In this document: in pieces, positions 13,401-27,650 of the stretch
Numbering within the stretch: position 1 is the stretch's first letter
Layout: each line of letters begins with the position of its first letter
DNA from: Felis catus
Taxonomy: Eukaryota
Assembly: GCF_018350175.1 (NCBI RefSeq)
Contig: NC_058368.1
Span: 169,386,001 to 169,450,000, forward strand
Direction: 5' to 3'
DNA length: 64,000 nt
Position numbers and translations under genes: made by a program
Notes under the pieces: model-generated
Told to the model about the DNA's origin: nothing
What the model saw: the letters and a program-made list of their open reading frames with translations, nothing else
Database searches by the model: none

Positions 13401-16400
13401 TGCCCTGGGCTTTTCACAGGAAGCTTGTCACATGGAGGTGCCGCCTTTGACCTTGAGCAAATCTCTAAATCCTAGTCAGCTGTGTATTTTCCTTTCATCA
13501 TAAAAATGCTGCTGCCAAGGAACTGTGGCCCAGCACAGACTCAGGAATCAGACCCCAAATTTGACCCCACTCTCGATACTGAGAACAAGAAGACCACAAG
13601 TCACACCCTGAACACTGGGTTTCTAGCTCTAGGGAAATTGTCTGTAATGAATAGTTCTGCTGACACAGATTCAACCACTCACTTCCTCTGAGAAGAGAAT
13701 GCTTGCCTGACAGGCTCCTGATGAAATTCTTTTTGTCCCTTTCTTGTATTCTAAAAAATAAAACCAAGGCCATCCGCAGAATAATGACATCAAAATAATA
13801 CGAGGCTTGTGAATGAGTGTAATGAATGCAGAGAAAATTGCTGGCAATTAAGGCTGAAACATTGTCTCTGTCTTTCTAGGCATAGCAACGCCTTTCCCAA
13901 ACTGCCTTCTTCCTCCTCCATCCTGCCCAGGTTTTTTGAGGACATTTAGACATTTGGTCATTTTAGCCTTTGCTATGTTTTCCCCTTGTGATTTGTTGAG
14001 GAGTTTGTTGTTTGCTCTTTTAGTGTTAAAACTCCTTTCATGCATTAGGATTTTCAAGGAGGTTGTGAATGATTCCATGGAAGATAATGTTTCAAAAGCT
14101 CCTAATTTGACAGATAATGAAGACACTAGGGTGAACCAGTAAACAAAGAGAGCAAAACCTAAGCTCAGGGTTTGGGGAAAACTGGTGTTCATTACTTGAT
14201 ACAGAAATCTGAGGTCATTCAATCAGGCACTCAGAAACCCAATATGGGTTATAGTTAGTGTCAGATGATGTGGAACACTGGTCAAGATACAAATGGCATC
14301 ATGCTTGATGATGGGGGATATTGGGCTGGATGCTTTTATTTGGACTGATTATACTTTGTAACTAAAGTGGCAAATGGTGGACCTATTCCTTATCACATAA
14401 GCACTGTTTAAGAAAGTTGGAGACACATTTCTTCCAACTCTGATTTTGTCTTCCGGGTTAGGCTCCGGAGCTTCATTTTCTGTTGATCCACTGAAAAGTG
14501 ATGGATACCCAAAGTTATAATTTCCTTTTTTTTTGTTTAGAAGAGCATTGCCTTCACTCTGCACCTCACTTCCAAATTTTCCTTTTCATTTCAGTATAAT
14601 TAGCTCTCCCTTGTTTATGTGTCATCTTTAAGGGAAATTCAGCATGTATTTATGAGAATCAGTTCCCCCAGTAAGGAGGAAATTCAGACTTAGTCTATGT
14701 TATCGAAGGCCAGAGAGAAGGAGTCCTTTTATACACTAATCTTGAATCCACTTTAAACTTCATTGCTCTTATTTTCAATGTATGGTGATATCCCTTGACC
14801 TACCTTGAATCATAATTTTTTGTTTCCATGCCCTTACCTGCCTTGACGTGAAGATTCTGTGCTTTGGATTTCTTTTGATACCCCTAATGCCTGAAATCAT
14901 GCTGGGAATCTTTACAATTTAATAAACAGAGAAGTATGATGTATTTACCCTGCCTCTGTAGATACTCAGGTCTATATCACAAAGAAAATGAATTCATCTC
15001 TAAGGTTCAGGGCTTCCTAACTGCTTCAAAGTCATGCACTCATATACACTGATGTGAATATGTACATATACATACAGGGCTTAAGAAATAGAGTCCCCTG
15101 CACACTGCTGCAGCTGGGTTCTGGACTAGTGAAAACGCAGCTGGGAATTCTTTTCAACTCATAATGGGCTCTACTCCAAGCTTCAACCATCACACTGCTT
15201 GTTTTAAAACACTTATTCAACTCCTAGGGAACATACAAATTCCTGCAGGAAGTAGTGGGAAAAGAAGAAGGCACAACTCTGCCTGCCAAGGTCTAGAGGT
15301 CATGAGCCAACCTCTTCTGAGAGATGAGTTAGAGCAGAAGAAAGAGTCTGGCATTTTCTTCATTTGTTCTGCATTTACTCTCTGGCAGCTGCTAAAGTCA
15401 GTACCAGAAAAAAAGTTGGTCGAAAGGAAAGGGGGGGGAGAGGGTTAAGAAGGTAGTTTTGATTATTTGGTATTAATAAAGACATCCCAAATCTTTCCCC
15501 CTGCATTTCCATTGCAAAGAAAAGATTCAACCAAGAAAGAACAGTGAAGTTAGTTTGAAAACTTCCTTTCAAAGGGAACAAAAATTCCACACACAGTGAG
15601 AGTTGAGTAAATTCTATACTGAAACCGACACACACAAACATTAAGCTTTTGAACAAACTCCTCCTCTTAGGAAGTCAAGATGTTCTCAGTATAGCCAAGG
15701 ATTTGTCCACAAAATGTCTTTTCCCTCCCTAATATATTCTTTTTAATTATAAAATCAGATGTCAGAAGGGGCTTATAAATATTAATTTTTGCTCTGGATA
15801 CTACAGCTTTTATCTACCGAGGTCTCTCTCTCTCTCTCTTTTTTTTTTTTCCTGACCATGCCTGGAGTCATTGGTCAGCCATATACTCACCAGCTTTTTG
15901 GGGAACAGCAGCCAAATTGGGCAGCGTGCATGTGTACACACACATAAAATTCAAGTATTATTGTCAGCACTAAAGTTTGAAAGGATGAGAAACTGGCTCC
16001 ATGCCCTGTCATGACTTGCAATTGGTCTGTTGATGCGTAAACTTTAGTTGGAGGAAAATAGGTCCTCTGACAATAATTCTGAACGTTAATTTTAAGTGCT
16101 CTCCCACAGATTTATTTAATTTCCAAAAATACCATGCTTCAAATTAATGGCCCATTTGTTTGAAAAGAACGGACGCAAAGCTGGCAAGGATGGCACTGCG
16201 ACACTCTGCTCAGAGGCAGGGCTCCTGGTTACCTGCTAGATAACCCGCAAGGGGAGAAGAATGCGAACAGAAGTTACTGGTAACACTCCTCCCTTCACGA
16301 CAAGTGATGACACTTTTACAAACACAAAAACGATGTGTTTAGAGTTATCTTTTGATGAATTTACATTCTAATGACTTTGCAGGGTTTATTTTATTTTTGA

Positions 16401-18298
16401 GAAATTCAATGTCTCTCCACTTATTCTCCCTGCTCTCCAAAAATGAATTGAGAGCTTGTACTGGGAGCATGGTTTCCTTATTGTGATTTAGGAGTGATCT
16501 TTGATAACAAAATGCCCCATACTCGCTCATTCGACAAGTATTATGAGTGTAAATTACTGGGCAGGTGCTGCGACAGATGATAAGGAAACAGTGAGTTAAG
16601 ACCCAGCCCTTGCCCCACAGGGAACTTGAGGAGTCTTGAGGAGTCTTGAGGAGAAAGAGAAGTTAACAGGTGATTACAATACAGAAGGATAAAGATCGTT
16701 CTGATGGTTAATAAGGGGTACTTGGGAGCACACCCCAGGTGCTTGGGGAAGGGATTAAGGCATACTTTCTGGAGGAATAGATAGGTAGGCCAAGACCAGA
16801 AGAATCAGGAGTTATGGGAAAGGAGTTAGTTCAAAGTTAGAGCATGTGGGAGAATTTTTCAAGAAGACAATGTGTTCAATCCTGGCTGGCAGTGAAGAGG
16901 GGTGAGTTTCCCATCAACTAAAGCTGCCAAACTCCAGTCATCGTTTTTGCTTACATTCTCCAATATAGGAGAGGTCAATAATGAGTGTTTCCACAGAGTA
17001 GGTAAATATGAAAAACAACTTGGTTTTGAACTTGGCCATAGAGGCAGACATACCAGGGGACCATTTTGCTTTAGGATGGGATTTCATTTGGTTGATGATC
17101 AAAAAAAAAAACAAAAACAAGCCACAACATAACATCATATATGTATACACATTTATACATACATACATACATATACTATTATATATATACATATGTAAAC
17201 ATATTTCTATATATACATATATATAGAAATATGTATACATATTATATACGTGCGTGTGTGTGTCTGTGTGTACCTTGCCTTATTTCCTCAACAGGAGGTG
17301 AATATCATCCCTAATTGGTAAATTAAACAATCCCCCAGGTTTTTTTAATGGCTTCATAGTGTTCTGTGTTATGGATATAACATATAATGGCTTTACTATA
17401 CAGACATTTAGGTTTATCCAAATTTTGATCTCACAAATAATTCTGCAGCAGTAACCTTATATATTCCTGCAGGTGAAATTTCCAGAAGGCAAACTGCTAG
17501 ATCAAATGCGCATTGTAATTTTGCTAGATATTGACAAACTGTCATCCATAGAGCTATGTCAACTTATACTCTCATCAGTAATGTACAAGAGTCCATGTTT
17601 CCTCCCAGTCTGTATAATTTTTGGATATTAACCAATATGAAAGATTTTTAAAATGATATATCAGAGTAATTTTAATTTGCATTTTTTAATAAGTGGGATT
17701 AAGCATCTTCCCTCTTTTCTAAAGAGCTATTTAGGTCATTTTTTTGTAAACTCTTTACATAACCTTTGACCCCATTTCTGTAGTGTTTTGAATTTTCTAT
17801 TGGTTTGAAAGAGCTCTTTAAATAGATATGATATGGATGGCAGATAGTTTTCTTTTACATGGCTTAGTGTGGGCCTAAATACTTTTGGGGCCCAGAGTTA
17901 TTTTAGGTTACACTCCAGTTTAGTAAATGGGGTCTTAAGCACTGGTTCAAGTGATAAAAGGAAATCAGAAGTGTTTCCTAAGAAATATCTTGACTTGGAT
18001 TTCAAATACACCTGCCCTTCTACATAGAGAAGAATATGCCTTATTTTCATCATAAAATACCCTTACCCCTCCTCATCTACATGGTTTTCAAAGCCAATGA
18101 ATTAGCAGTGACAAGATCATTTCATTCAGGTATTCCTAAGGAAGTAGAAATTTGGTGCACATAATACCAGCTCCCAGGAGGAGCTGTTTAAAGGTAATAT
18201 CCTCAAAGTGTGAGGTGTGATGAGGTGTAGGGAAAATGCTATCTGATTACTCCTCCAGTATGGTATTCTAAGTTCTGTCTATGTGTCATTTGAAGATT

Positions 18299-18514
18299 GG
18301 GGCGCCTGGGTGGCGCAGTCGGTTAAGCGTCCGACTTCAGCCAGGTCACGATCTCGCGGTCCGTGAGTTCGAGCCCCGCGTCGGGCTCTGGGCTGATGGC
18401 TCGGAGCCTGGAGCCTGTTTCCGATTCTGTGGCTCCCTCTCTCTCTGCCCCTCCCCCGTTCATGCTCTGTCTCTCTCTGTCCCAAAAATAAATAAATGTT
18501 GAAAAAAAAAAAAA
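18299..18514 (+). mobile_element. Very young felid Can-SINE
   Basis: Nearly all CpGs intact, pure poly(A), TSD atttgaaga. Confidence 0.95.
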
Positions 18515-21500
18515 CTATAATTTGAAGACCTCAGGACTACAGACTAAAACCAGAGCCCTATAATTCCTTAAAGAACTGCCTTCATTGGAGTGATAGTTGC
18601 ATGGGCATATATTTACCTCCAAACACATCAAGTTGTATACATTAAAACATACAGCTTTTTACATGTTAATTATACCTCAATAAAGCTTGCATACCATGGT
18701 TAAAAAAAAAATGCCTTTAATTTGTCATCAAGAATGAGAATTTCAGAATTTGTGCCAGGGAAAAATCTGTTTCCTAAAGCACTAGTTTGTTTCCTCCCTT
18801 TAGGGAAATAAAATTTGAATTATACCACCCCAACCTCTTCTATGTAAATGCTCTTAATTATTGTTATTGCTATTTATGATTAATTTTATTTTTTATGGAG
18901 GAGTTATCCAGCTAATTAATAACCAACTCCATCAATATTTCTCAACCCAATTTATACATTAAAATAACCTGGAGAGATTAAAAACCTCCCCACGTCTCAG
19001 ACAACTCAATCAGAATATCAGAATAAAAGATATCAGAATATACTTAGAAGCTGCCCAGGTGATTCTGATGCTCTGTGAAGCTTGAGGATAAGTGAACTAA
19101 CAACACGGGTAAAATTATAGAGGCAGAGTAGAAACTGCCCAGTGGTATCATTATTTCTACTCTCTGTGTGATTAGTAAAACGAATAGCAAATAGGTATTG
19201 TATTAACACTCATAAATTTAAAATGACGTTGGGGGTGCAGAGTTGGTTTCTTTCTCTCATATTCACCCTGGAGTGCCGGAAAGTAAGCTTCATGCAGTGT
19301 TTTTCTACAAAACAAGAACATTTCCTAGAAAATCTGACTGAAGAACTAACATTGTCCTGGGCCTTTTGAGGTGAGATTTTGTCATTTTTTTCTCCCTCCC
19401 GCTTGGTAGAGCTCATTAAAAGCAATAATCATGTCTTAACCATTTTGTATGCTCAGTGTCCTACATCTTGCCAGGCATACAGTTTGTACTTAATAAATGT
19501 TTGTGAAAGGAAAAAAGGAATTAAGTTTATAATTGTTGCAATTACCCATGAGTATATTGAACATTCCATAACTGTTTTGTCATTTAATACTACATTTAAT
19601 CACTTAACTGGAAAGCCTGTTATGAAAAGGAACTGGTCTTTAAAAATTACCTAAATAATTATCTTATGAAACAGGCATTAATGTAAACACAGAATAAAGA
19701 CACGTTCAATAACTGTGTTGTATATTCCATCCCACTCCATATATGTTTTTATCTGTTGTACCTCATTCTCATCTCTTTAATGTTCATGTCTGTAGGAAGA
19801 AAGTGAATCAGTGTGGGAGGAAGGGTTTCAGAAAGAAAGATATGGGAGTGGAAAGAGAGATGCAGAAAGGAAGAACAAGAGGAGAGAGATAAAGAGAAAG
19901 GTACAAAAATACAAAGTAAGGATTGGGTCTACACACATGCTATTAATAGGTGAGAAGCTGAAAATAATGATCATGACATTTTTCTATAGAAAGTGACCCT
20001 TCAGATAGAGATCAGGAAGGAGGTGGTATAAAGGGGCCTTCACCTATAGGAAGGGAGCCCAAACCAACTACACAGATAGCATATCATTTAAAGCCATTCT
20101 CTCGGCATCCTTTCCATCATGGCTCCAAAGCCCACCCAAACACTATTAATTCAGAAGAAGTTCACTGAGTACTTAATATTTGCAAGACATGGTGTTTATG
20201 TGAATATGAAGAATGAATCAAGATGATTGCAAGAGGAATTCTGTCCTCAGAGATCTTATGTCTGTACCTTCAACTATAATTTAAAATAGAAAGTAATATT
20301 TGCCATAAAAAGGTACAGATATAATGGATTTTATAAGAGGGATAGCTTCTCCACTGATTCTCATTAGCAATCCTTTTGATGTTTTCTTTTCAAAGTGGTA
20401 TCATCTCTAAATGTCTTAACTTCCTAGAATCAATTTATTACGCCTAAAAGGACATAACTCCTTATTCTCAAGTTATGGACAAGGTATCTCCCAATTCCTA
20501 AATTCCCTATAATTATCATTAAATAATGTTTTCTAAGTGACCAGATATATATGTCATAACCCTAGACTGTTAAACACACAGCCCTTGTCGTTAAGGAATG
20601 GATAATCTCAGTAGGACATCAAACAATATATGAACACACATATGTATTGTATATATGATGGAGTCCCCTGATTATTTGCAGGAATGAAGTAAGAATTGAC
20701 ATAGACATCTTTGGAGGTTCTCCCATTAATGGGACCAATCAATTGGAGTATAATACAGGAGAGTTAGAGCCAGGCTTGACACCAAAGGAAACCTTACAAA
20801 AGAGTTGGGATTTCAATTGATGGAAAGGACGGAACAGAGTTAACTTCCAAGTACCAGAGTACCTCAGTTAAATGAAATAAGATGGGAAGGTTCATGTTCA
20901 GGGGAGATGAAAAAGGACTCTTTTTTAATCCCAGATTGAAATAACACCTGATATATTTGTAGATGTATAATTTTGTCATTTTAAGATTAATGATAGACTT
21001 GGAAAGGGCTTCTCTTGGGCTCATCTTAGGAATGCACTAAGGAGATGCACTTGGGAGATGAGTGGAACCTATTACTTTGATATATGGCAATCATCTTTTC
21101 TCACTGTCTGAAAGAAATCAACTTCTGTGGCCATTCCAATAGGAGACACTGATTCTGAAGTAGAAAAGGCCAGGACATAGAGGTCTTCAACTTGTCAGGT
21201 TCTATGCTTTGGTACTTGTTTGCTCTTTACTTGGTTTTCAAGTGAGAAATTCCTTTTGAACAACAACAGAAAAAGAAGTGGTGCTTATGTTTCAGCAAAC
21301 CAATAGCCTGGAGATTGATTTATGGGTCTCATTTCAGTCAGTTCAGCCAGGGAGCAAGATGGGGCCCAAGGTACACAAAGTTGGATGATTGGAAGAGGAG
21401 GCAAGGACACTGACTTCTCTTCACCTGGGTCTATTCCTTTGCCAACATTAAGCTGACCTGGGCTAAGAGAATGAGGAGAATCTTAAGAGGAGCCATTAGA

Positions 21501-22090
21501 GGTGACTGGTTCATCAGAGCACCTTGGTCAAGGACTTAAGGATGATATAGTAAGAAGGCGTGGGTGGGCTCTGGGGAAGTATGGTTAAGGAGAAAAGCAA
21601 CATGGTCAAGGGTGGGGAGAGACATCCTCTCGGATGTGAAAGCAGTCTCCTAAGGCAGAGCATGCAAATTCTGTGAACTGCTGCCATGAATCCAGCTGAG
21701 CTGGCTCCTAGCCCTCCATATTGTACATGTCATTGTCAATTTGGTAAACCCGGCAGTGACGGAAGCCACCATTTCAGGGGCCTCATAAAGCGAAACTGCA
21801 TTATAACACTCAGCAGTGTTAAGAGAAACTGAAGGTTTCAACAAAATGAAAGCCTGTAACTATAGATATGAAGCTCTATCTTCCCTGAAAACAGCTTTAT
21901 AGCATATAAAACCAACTTTCCTTTCTACAATTAAATCAGGACAAGATAAATGTGTCTATTCCTTGACATAACGGCCTTGGAGCATCTTAATGGAAACACT
22001 CTAATAAAAGTTTATCTCAAATACTGACCAAAACCTCAGCACTGGCTGCTCTGAGAACAGTGAGCAACAGCCCCAAGGATTCAGCCTTAT

Positions 22091-22095
22091 AAAAA

Positions 22096-22126
<31 letters not shown>

Positions 22127-22167
22127 GGAAAGAAAGAAAAAGAAAGAAAGAAAGAAAAGAAAAGAAA
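22091..22167. repeat. Poly(A)/(GAAA)n tract
   Basis: Directly visible. Confidence 0.9.
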
Positions 22168-23164
22168 CGTCTGTGTCAAAACTTGGCAATGAAGAAATCA
22201 GGATGAATTGTGAGACATGTGGGACGAGAAAAATACAGTGACATTGGGACCGAACCCCTCCCCCTTATGATCTCAGAGAAGTTATTTCAGATCGCTCAGT
22301 CAAGAGGTCTTCTGAAGACCTCGTGATGCCTCCATCCACCCATCTACCATGGCTGGGAGATGAATGCAATGGTTTCCAATCTCTTTTTCTCTGAAAGCTG
22401 CCTGACCGAGAACAGGACATCACTGGACTTCTCACGCTGGAACTGAGCTCTCTAAGAATAATATCCCTGATTAATCTCTAAAAGAAAGGAAAAGAAAATC
22501 TTTGAGCAGCCATAAAGGAAATCCTAAGATGTGCTCAGAGAGAAAAGCACTCCTAAGAAATGCACCTCTTAGCACTAACACAACACCTTCAACATAGATG
22601 GAATCCTGACTGCAATTCCCTTGTACAGTTTTCCATTTCCACAGGAATCATGATGTTCCCAAGCTTTGCCTCCCGTAATTCCACAGCATTCCACAAACTT
22701 CAGGCCCCATTCACATGAATAGCCCACTCCCCAAACTTGTCCCCTCAGCAGGGAAGTAGGGATTGGATTGATCCTCATTTCAGTCAGTGCAGTCAGGGGA
22801 CGAGATCGTGCTTGAGGAATGGAAGCAAACAGTAATCAAGCCACTTTAATCTAAAAGAAGCTATTACATTGGGATAAGCTGTGTAGTCATTTTCATGTCC
22901 ACAAAAATCATTTAGTATCTTTAGCTTTATTTACTGAAGGGGAAAGCCAGAACAGAAATTGACCCTGTAAACTGACACTGAAATTTAGCAGTCAAAAATG
23001 GAATTCAATTGCTAACTTGATTTCCTATTGTTCACCTTTGCTTAGAAATACCACCTTGTACTAGTGCTGTGTTCTGACCAGAGTGCTGGGAAAAGCCATC
23101 GCTTTAAATGACAGTTACTGTTCTTAGACTGTAGAAACTCACCTAGTCATAAGTCAATGGCATG

Positions 23165-24023
23165 TGATGTAGTTTTGGAGTGATGGTGGGGTCTGGAGTA
23201 GATGGCCAACAAAGAATTCTTGAGATGTCTTTTGTGCAAAAAGGTGATTTTATTAGAGAATGGTGACAGGACCTGTGGGCAGAAAGAGCTGCACTGGAGT
23301 TGTGAAGAATGACTGATTATATATTATGGCGTTGAGGGAGGTAAAGGCAAAAGGGAGGTTTCCAGAAGAACTTTCATAAGCCTAAAAGGACTAATAAGAT
23401 ACTGGAGGCCTAGCTATTGTCAAGCTAAGGTTGTTTTTTCCTCCATTAGGGCATTAACATCAAGACAGTAGGGAGTTCCTGAAGGAATGTTATACTCTGC
23501 CTGTCTCAACTATTTGTCAGCCAGCTGCAGTTTATAAATACATTTAATTTAATCTACCATTTCCTTCTTGCCTTTGTTCTCCACATCACTATGGAGGGAT
23601 GGTGATGTTGAGGCTCCAGGAAACCGAGTCTTCAGTTTCTGGAGAGTAGGCCACTAATATGATTGCCTTTGTCTTGTAATTTACCAAGACATTTGTAAAT
23701 GCCTTGTTTATCTGAGTAAAACAAAATTAAATAGAATTCTTTATCACCAAACCTCCAGAGCTTTTCATATGCTGAGGTACCTTGTGTACAGCATTTTCAA
23801 AATATAATATGTTTGAACAGAGGAGGACGGGGATGTGGGAAGGGAGTGAAACAACGATAGGAACTCATGTCCTTTATGACTGGATCTCTATCAATTGGCC
23901 ATTGGTTTTTCCCTTTCCTTTGTTCTTGGGCAGCCAGGAGTGCCTGAGGAATGTCACACATAGTACACCTGGTGGGGGAGAGGGGGTTTGCTGGGTGTCA
24001 GCTTGCCTTATGCTCCCACATCA
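23165..24023 (-). mobile_element. ERV1-like solo LTR with an internal ~155-bp insertion
   Basis: Inverted termini tgatgt...acatca, 4-bp TSD catg/cata, AATAAA on - at ~23249-23254. Confidence 0.75.
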
Positions 24024-25323
24024 CATAAGACTTTCCAGTGAGTCCCTGTTTGTGTTTGTCTCAGTTCGCGTCTCTGTCTCATTAAACTATTAACTCTACG
24101 ACCTTGGGCAAATCACACACCTCTCAACATCTCATATTTTTCATCTGTAAAAAGGCAGTTACTTCCTACATGTGTTGGGAGGAGAAATTCAGATAAGGGT
24201 TATAGACAGCGGTATCTGGTACAGAGTAAGCGCTCCATAAAGGGTAGATGTTAGCGGTAGTATTGTTACATTCTCAGGCCAAGGACATATAAACCAGACA
24301 GAATGGGCCAGGGCTGAAATATGCAATGCATCTTCAGTTTTGTTCCACTTTCTGGGTATGAAAGGACATCAGTGAGGTTTTTGGGAAAATGGATCCAAAT
24401 TTTACTCTGCATGCAACTGGTACCCTTTTTGTTTGGCCATGAACACATTGCCACTGTGAATAATGAAAATTCTATAATGTTTCACTCAACTTCTGCCTCT
24501 TGGCAGCAATGACCAAAATCACCCTGCAGCTGTCATTTACAACAGGGATCCCCAGCCAGTCACTTGCAGCTATCCTGCTGTGAAGGGCAGCTGCTCAAGA
24601 GTATTTCAAGCAGGAAAGTGACAGAGCCAGATGCTATCAGGAATCCCTCAATGAGGTCAGAGCATTAGAAAAAGAGTAAGCCTTGCCCCCCCCCCAAAAG
24701 GATGGGGACTCCTGCTTCCAACCCATGCCAGGCGACTAGCCATCTGATTTTCCTGAGATCTCCTTAATTACAACAAAGGACCAGACACGATACAGTGCTT
24801 GGAGATCTACAAAATTAGGTGGAAACCAGTGAAGCGAAATGATAGTTTCAAGGAAAGGTGCTCTGTTATGACAATCCTTTAAACCTTTCCTGGAGGAGTT
24901 GAGAATTTTAAAAAGCAATTACATAAGTGATAATAACACATAATTTGAACTTGCATACAACTCTTTTAAATATATAATACACCTTCTCTCCTTAAAATGC
25001 TCCGAATTCAATACGTATTTGGGTTTTAAAACCTTAATGTTTTTCTTGAATTCTTCCGCCCAGTAGATTGGGAAAGATGTTCAGAAAAACATTTTTTATT
25101 TGTTGTTTGAGAAATGCTAGTTTCTTGGGCCAGCCACAGGTATTACACAAAAGGTGCATTTAAATTTGTCTGAGTAAAATAAAATTAAATAGAATTCTTT
25201 ATCACCAAACCTCCAGAGCTTTTAATATGCTGATGTACCTTGTGTACAGCATTTTCAAAATATAAATATGTTTGAACAGAGGAGGACGGGGATGTGAGGA
25301 GGGAGTGAAACAACTATAGGAAC
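23711..25323 (+). repeat. Dispersed direct duplication, 23711-23864 and 25169-25323
   Basis: About 155 bp, ~7 differences by hand alignment (~95% identity). Confidence 0.95.
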
Positions 25324-26079
25324 ATGTCTTCTCTGCAACATACTTAGGGAAATGTAGTCTCAGACTATAAATATCTTGAGAACAGGGACAATATTTCATT
25401 TTTCTTTATTACTCCTAGACCCTAGCACAATGCCTAGTAAAAATATTTGTTAAACGAATTAATAAATGCTAAGTTGATTCTTCAAATTTATTGATAAATA
25501 CTTATGCAGCAAGGAGGAGAAAAATAGTTTCTGGTCAGTTTCTGGTCCAAAAGAATGGATGCTAAGATGTGTCACCTGATGAAGGTCACAATCAATTTTG
25601 TAGTAAAACTGAGTATATTGAGTAATATTAGAGTAAATTGAGAATTCAAAAAAGAAAAGACATTGAAATGACAGGGAATCAGAATATAGTCACATATCTA
25701 GCAGATCAGAGAAATTATTTTCATATAGGAAATTCAATAAAAGATGATTTTTTGCAAACGAGTTCTATAGAACATTGTCTTCTACCTGCCTATGCTCTGG
25801 TAATGGCAAAGAGTGACCTAAAAGGCCGCCATGGCCTAAGGTAGGATACCCCCTTGTTCATCTTCTCTTATTTCACCTGCAGTACACAAGAAAGTTGAGG
25901 CAGTTTCTGCAGGTGTGATTGCCCTATAACCCCTAGTGAATAGACAGGTGACAGTGGGAGGAGAGGAAACAGTTTGAAGGAGGTACATTTCTCCACCCAA
26001 GACTCCCTTTCATGCCCCAACACACAACAGGGCTCACACCACACACCTGGCCACTGCTGCCCTGTCTGCAGCTCTTCCC

Positions 26080-26315
26080 TCACCCACATGGCAGTGTGAA
26101 AGCCATCTGGACCACTGCTTGAGGGTAGTGCGGATAATGAGTGCCCCATTGGGTAGCTGCACAAATGATAATGAACCCCACATCAGCTGCCAGGGCACCG
26201 GCTGCCAAGCCTAGCACCTGCTTCCCACGGAGACTTACAACCATGCTGGAGAGGATTGCTGTGGACCTGCTCACACCTGGCAGCATGGTTGATACAGGGA
26301 GATACAATTTTTCAC
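26080..26315 (-). pseudogene. Type I membrane protein relic, terminal exon with transmembrane segment
   Basis: cttttcccttctgatag|GT, phase 1, stop-free to TGA: GEKLYLPVSTMLPGVSRSTAILSSMVVSLRGKQVLGLAAGALAADVGFIIICAATQW...LPCG*. Hydrophobic stretch followed by a short tail. Confidence 0.6.
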
Positions 26316-27650
26316 CTATCAGAAGGGAAAAGATCAAACAGTTTGATGATCAACTATGCTCACTCATTTTCTTAAAACTGCATATTGTTTATTCTGAGAA
26401 GACTAGGCTGGTCAAGAGTTTCTGGTAGACTGACAAATTATCAGTATTTTGTGTTGAAGGCAAAAAAGGTGTTATTTGGGTAAAGTAAGATAATTAAGTT
26501 GCAATTCTTCAGTGTACAAAAATACCTTTAAATCTCTGGCAGAATATCTATAATCTAATATCTCCTCTTCCTATGCCAGCAGCTGCTGCATTTTAAGTGC
26601 TTTCCTAGGGATTCTATGTTGCCAAAAAATACAATTACTTTTCAGTAACTTCAGAAAACTTTTAAACAAACTGTCGGAAAATGTCAGAATCCGAAATAAG
26701 AATCTGCAAAGAAACTTGTTTCAATCACATCCATTTTGGCTGCAAGGTGCAAGCTTGGTGATTCCATCTTGATAGATTGTGTTTCATTTGCTTTGTAAGC
26801 ACCGTGTAATTTATGTCTAGGGTTGAATTCTATCAGTGGAAATCTGAGCTCTGCGGGATTTGCTGTCGGGCTGCTCGCTGTGTGTAAGTTAGCATGTAGG
26901 ACCTAGGATCTGTCTTCAGGTCGAACCTAGTGTTCTGTTAGATTGGCAGCATACAGACAGGTAAGGACAGTCAAGTCTCCAAACTGCTCTCATACGATTA
27001 GAAAGTGACAGTGGGCATAAGGAACTTCTAGCAAACCTTTATGATTTCTGAAATGGCTGTAGACTTCTATTTTTAAAACTAGAAGACCACCGTCCTTAAA
27101 AAAAAAAAGCAAAGGGCTGTGCTTAAAGAACCAGGTTGTCCCAAGCCCTTAGTTGATCTCTGGAAAGGAAGGAAAACCTTTGACTGATTGAATGCCTATC
27201 ATTTGCAATTTCAATGCGATTTCAAATGATGACTTTGATGATCCTATTTAATACTCACAAACCCCTGCGATGTTGGAACTATTCTCCCCCTTTCCCAAGA
27301 TGGAACATCCAGATACTAAGAAATTCATTCATGTGACATAAATCATACAACCAATGTATTATGTAGCAAAGCCAGAATTTGAGTCCAGATGTGTCTAAAT
27401 CCAGGCTCTTTCCACTAAATGACATTAATCTGGTCAGTTCAGTAAGATGGTATTTGAGATGTTTTTGAGCTTTTCTGTTCAAGAAAGTTCTCAGAACAGT
27501 TTATCGACTTTCTTATTACACACACCTTTAATTGTGGACCAGACAAGGGGGAAAAGTATACAGGACTGTTTTTGTGCCCACAATTCTAGTACACTTACAC
27601 ACCTTGAAATGCAGTGGGATGGAATTTAGGCAGCCTCCACAGAAGCCCAC

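Noticed and set aside
13848..14222. 124-aa minus-strand ORF
   Set aside because: No convincing splice sites, motifs or partner exons; consistent with chance.
16625..16653. 10-bp tandem repeat (cttgaggagt x3) or CRISPR-like array
   Set aside because: Simple slippage in an L2 relic. No spacer-repeat arrays occur anywhere in the window.
22304..22322. Perfect hairpin gaggtcttc-t-gaagacctc
   Set aside because: A single 9-bp stem in 64 kb is not beyond chance and has no supporting context.
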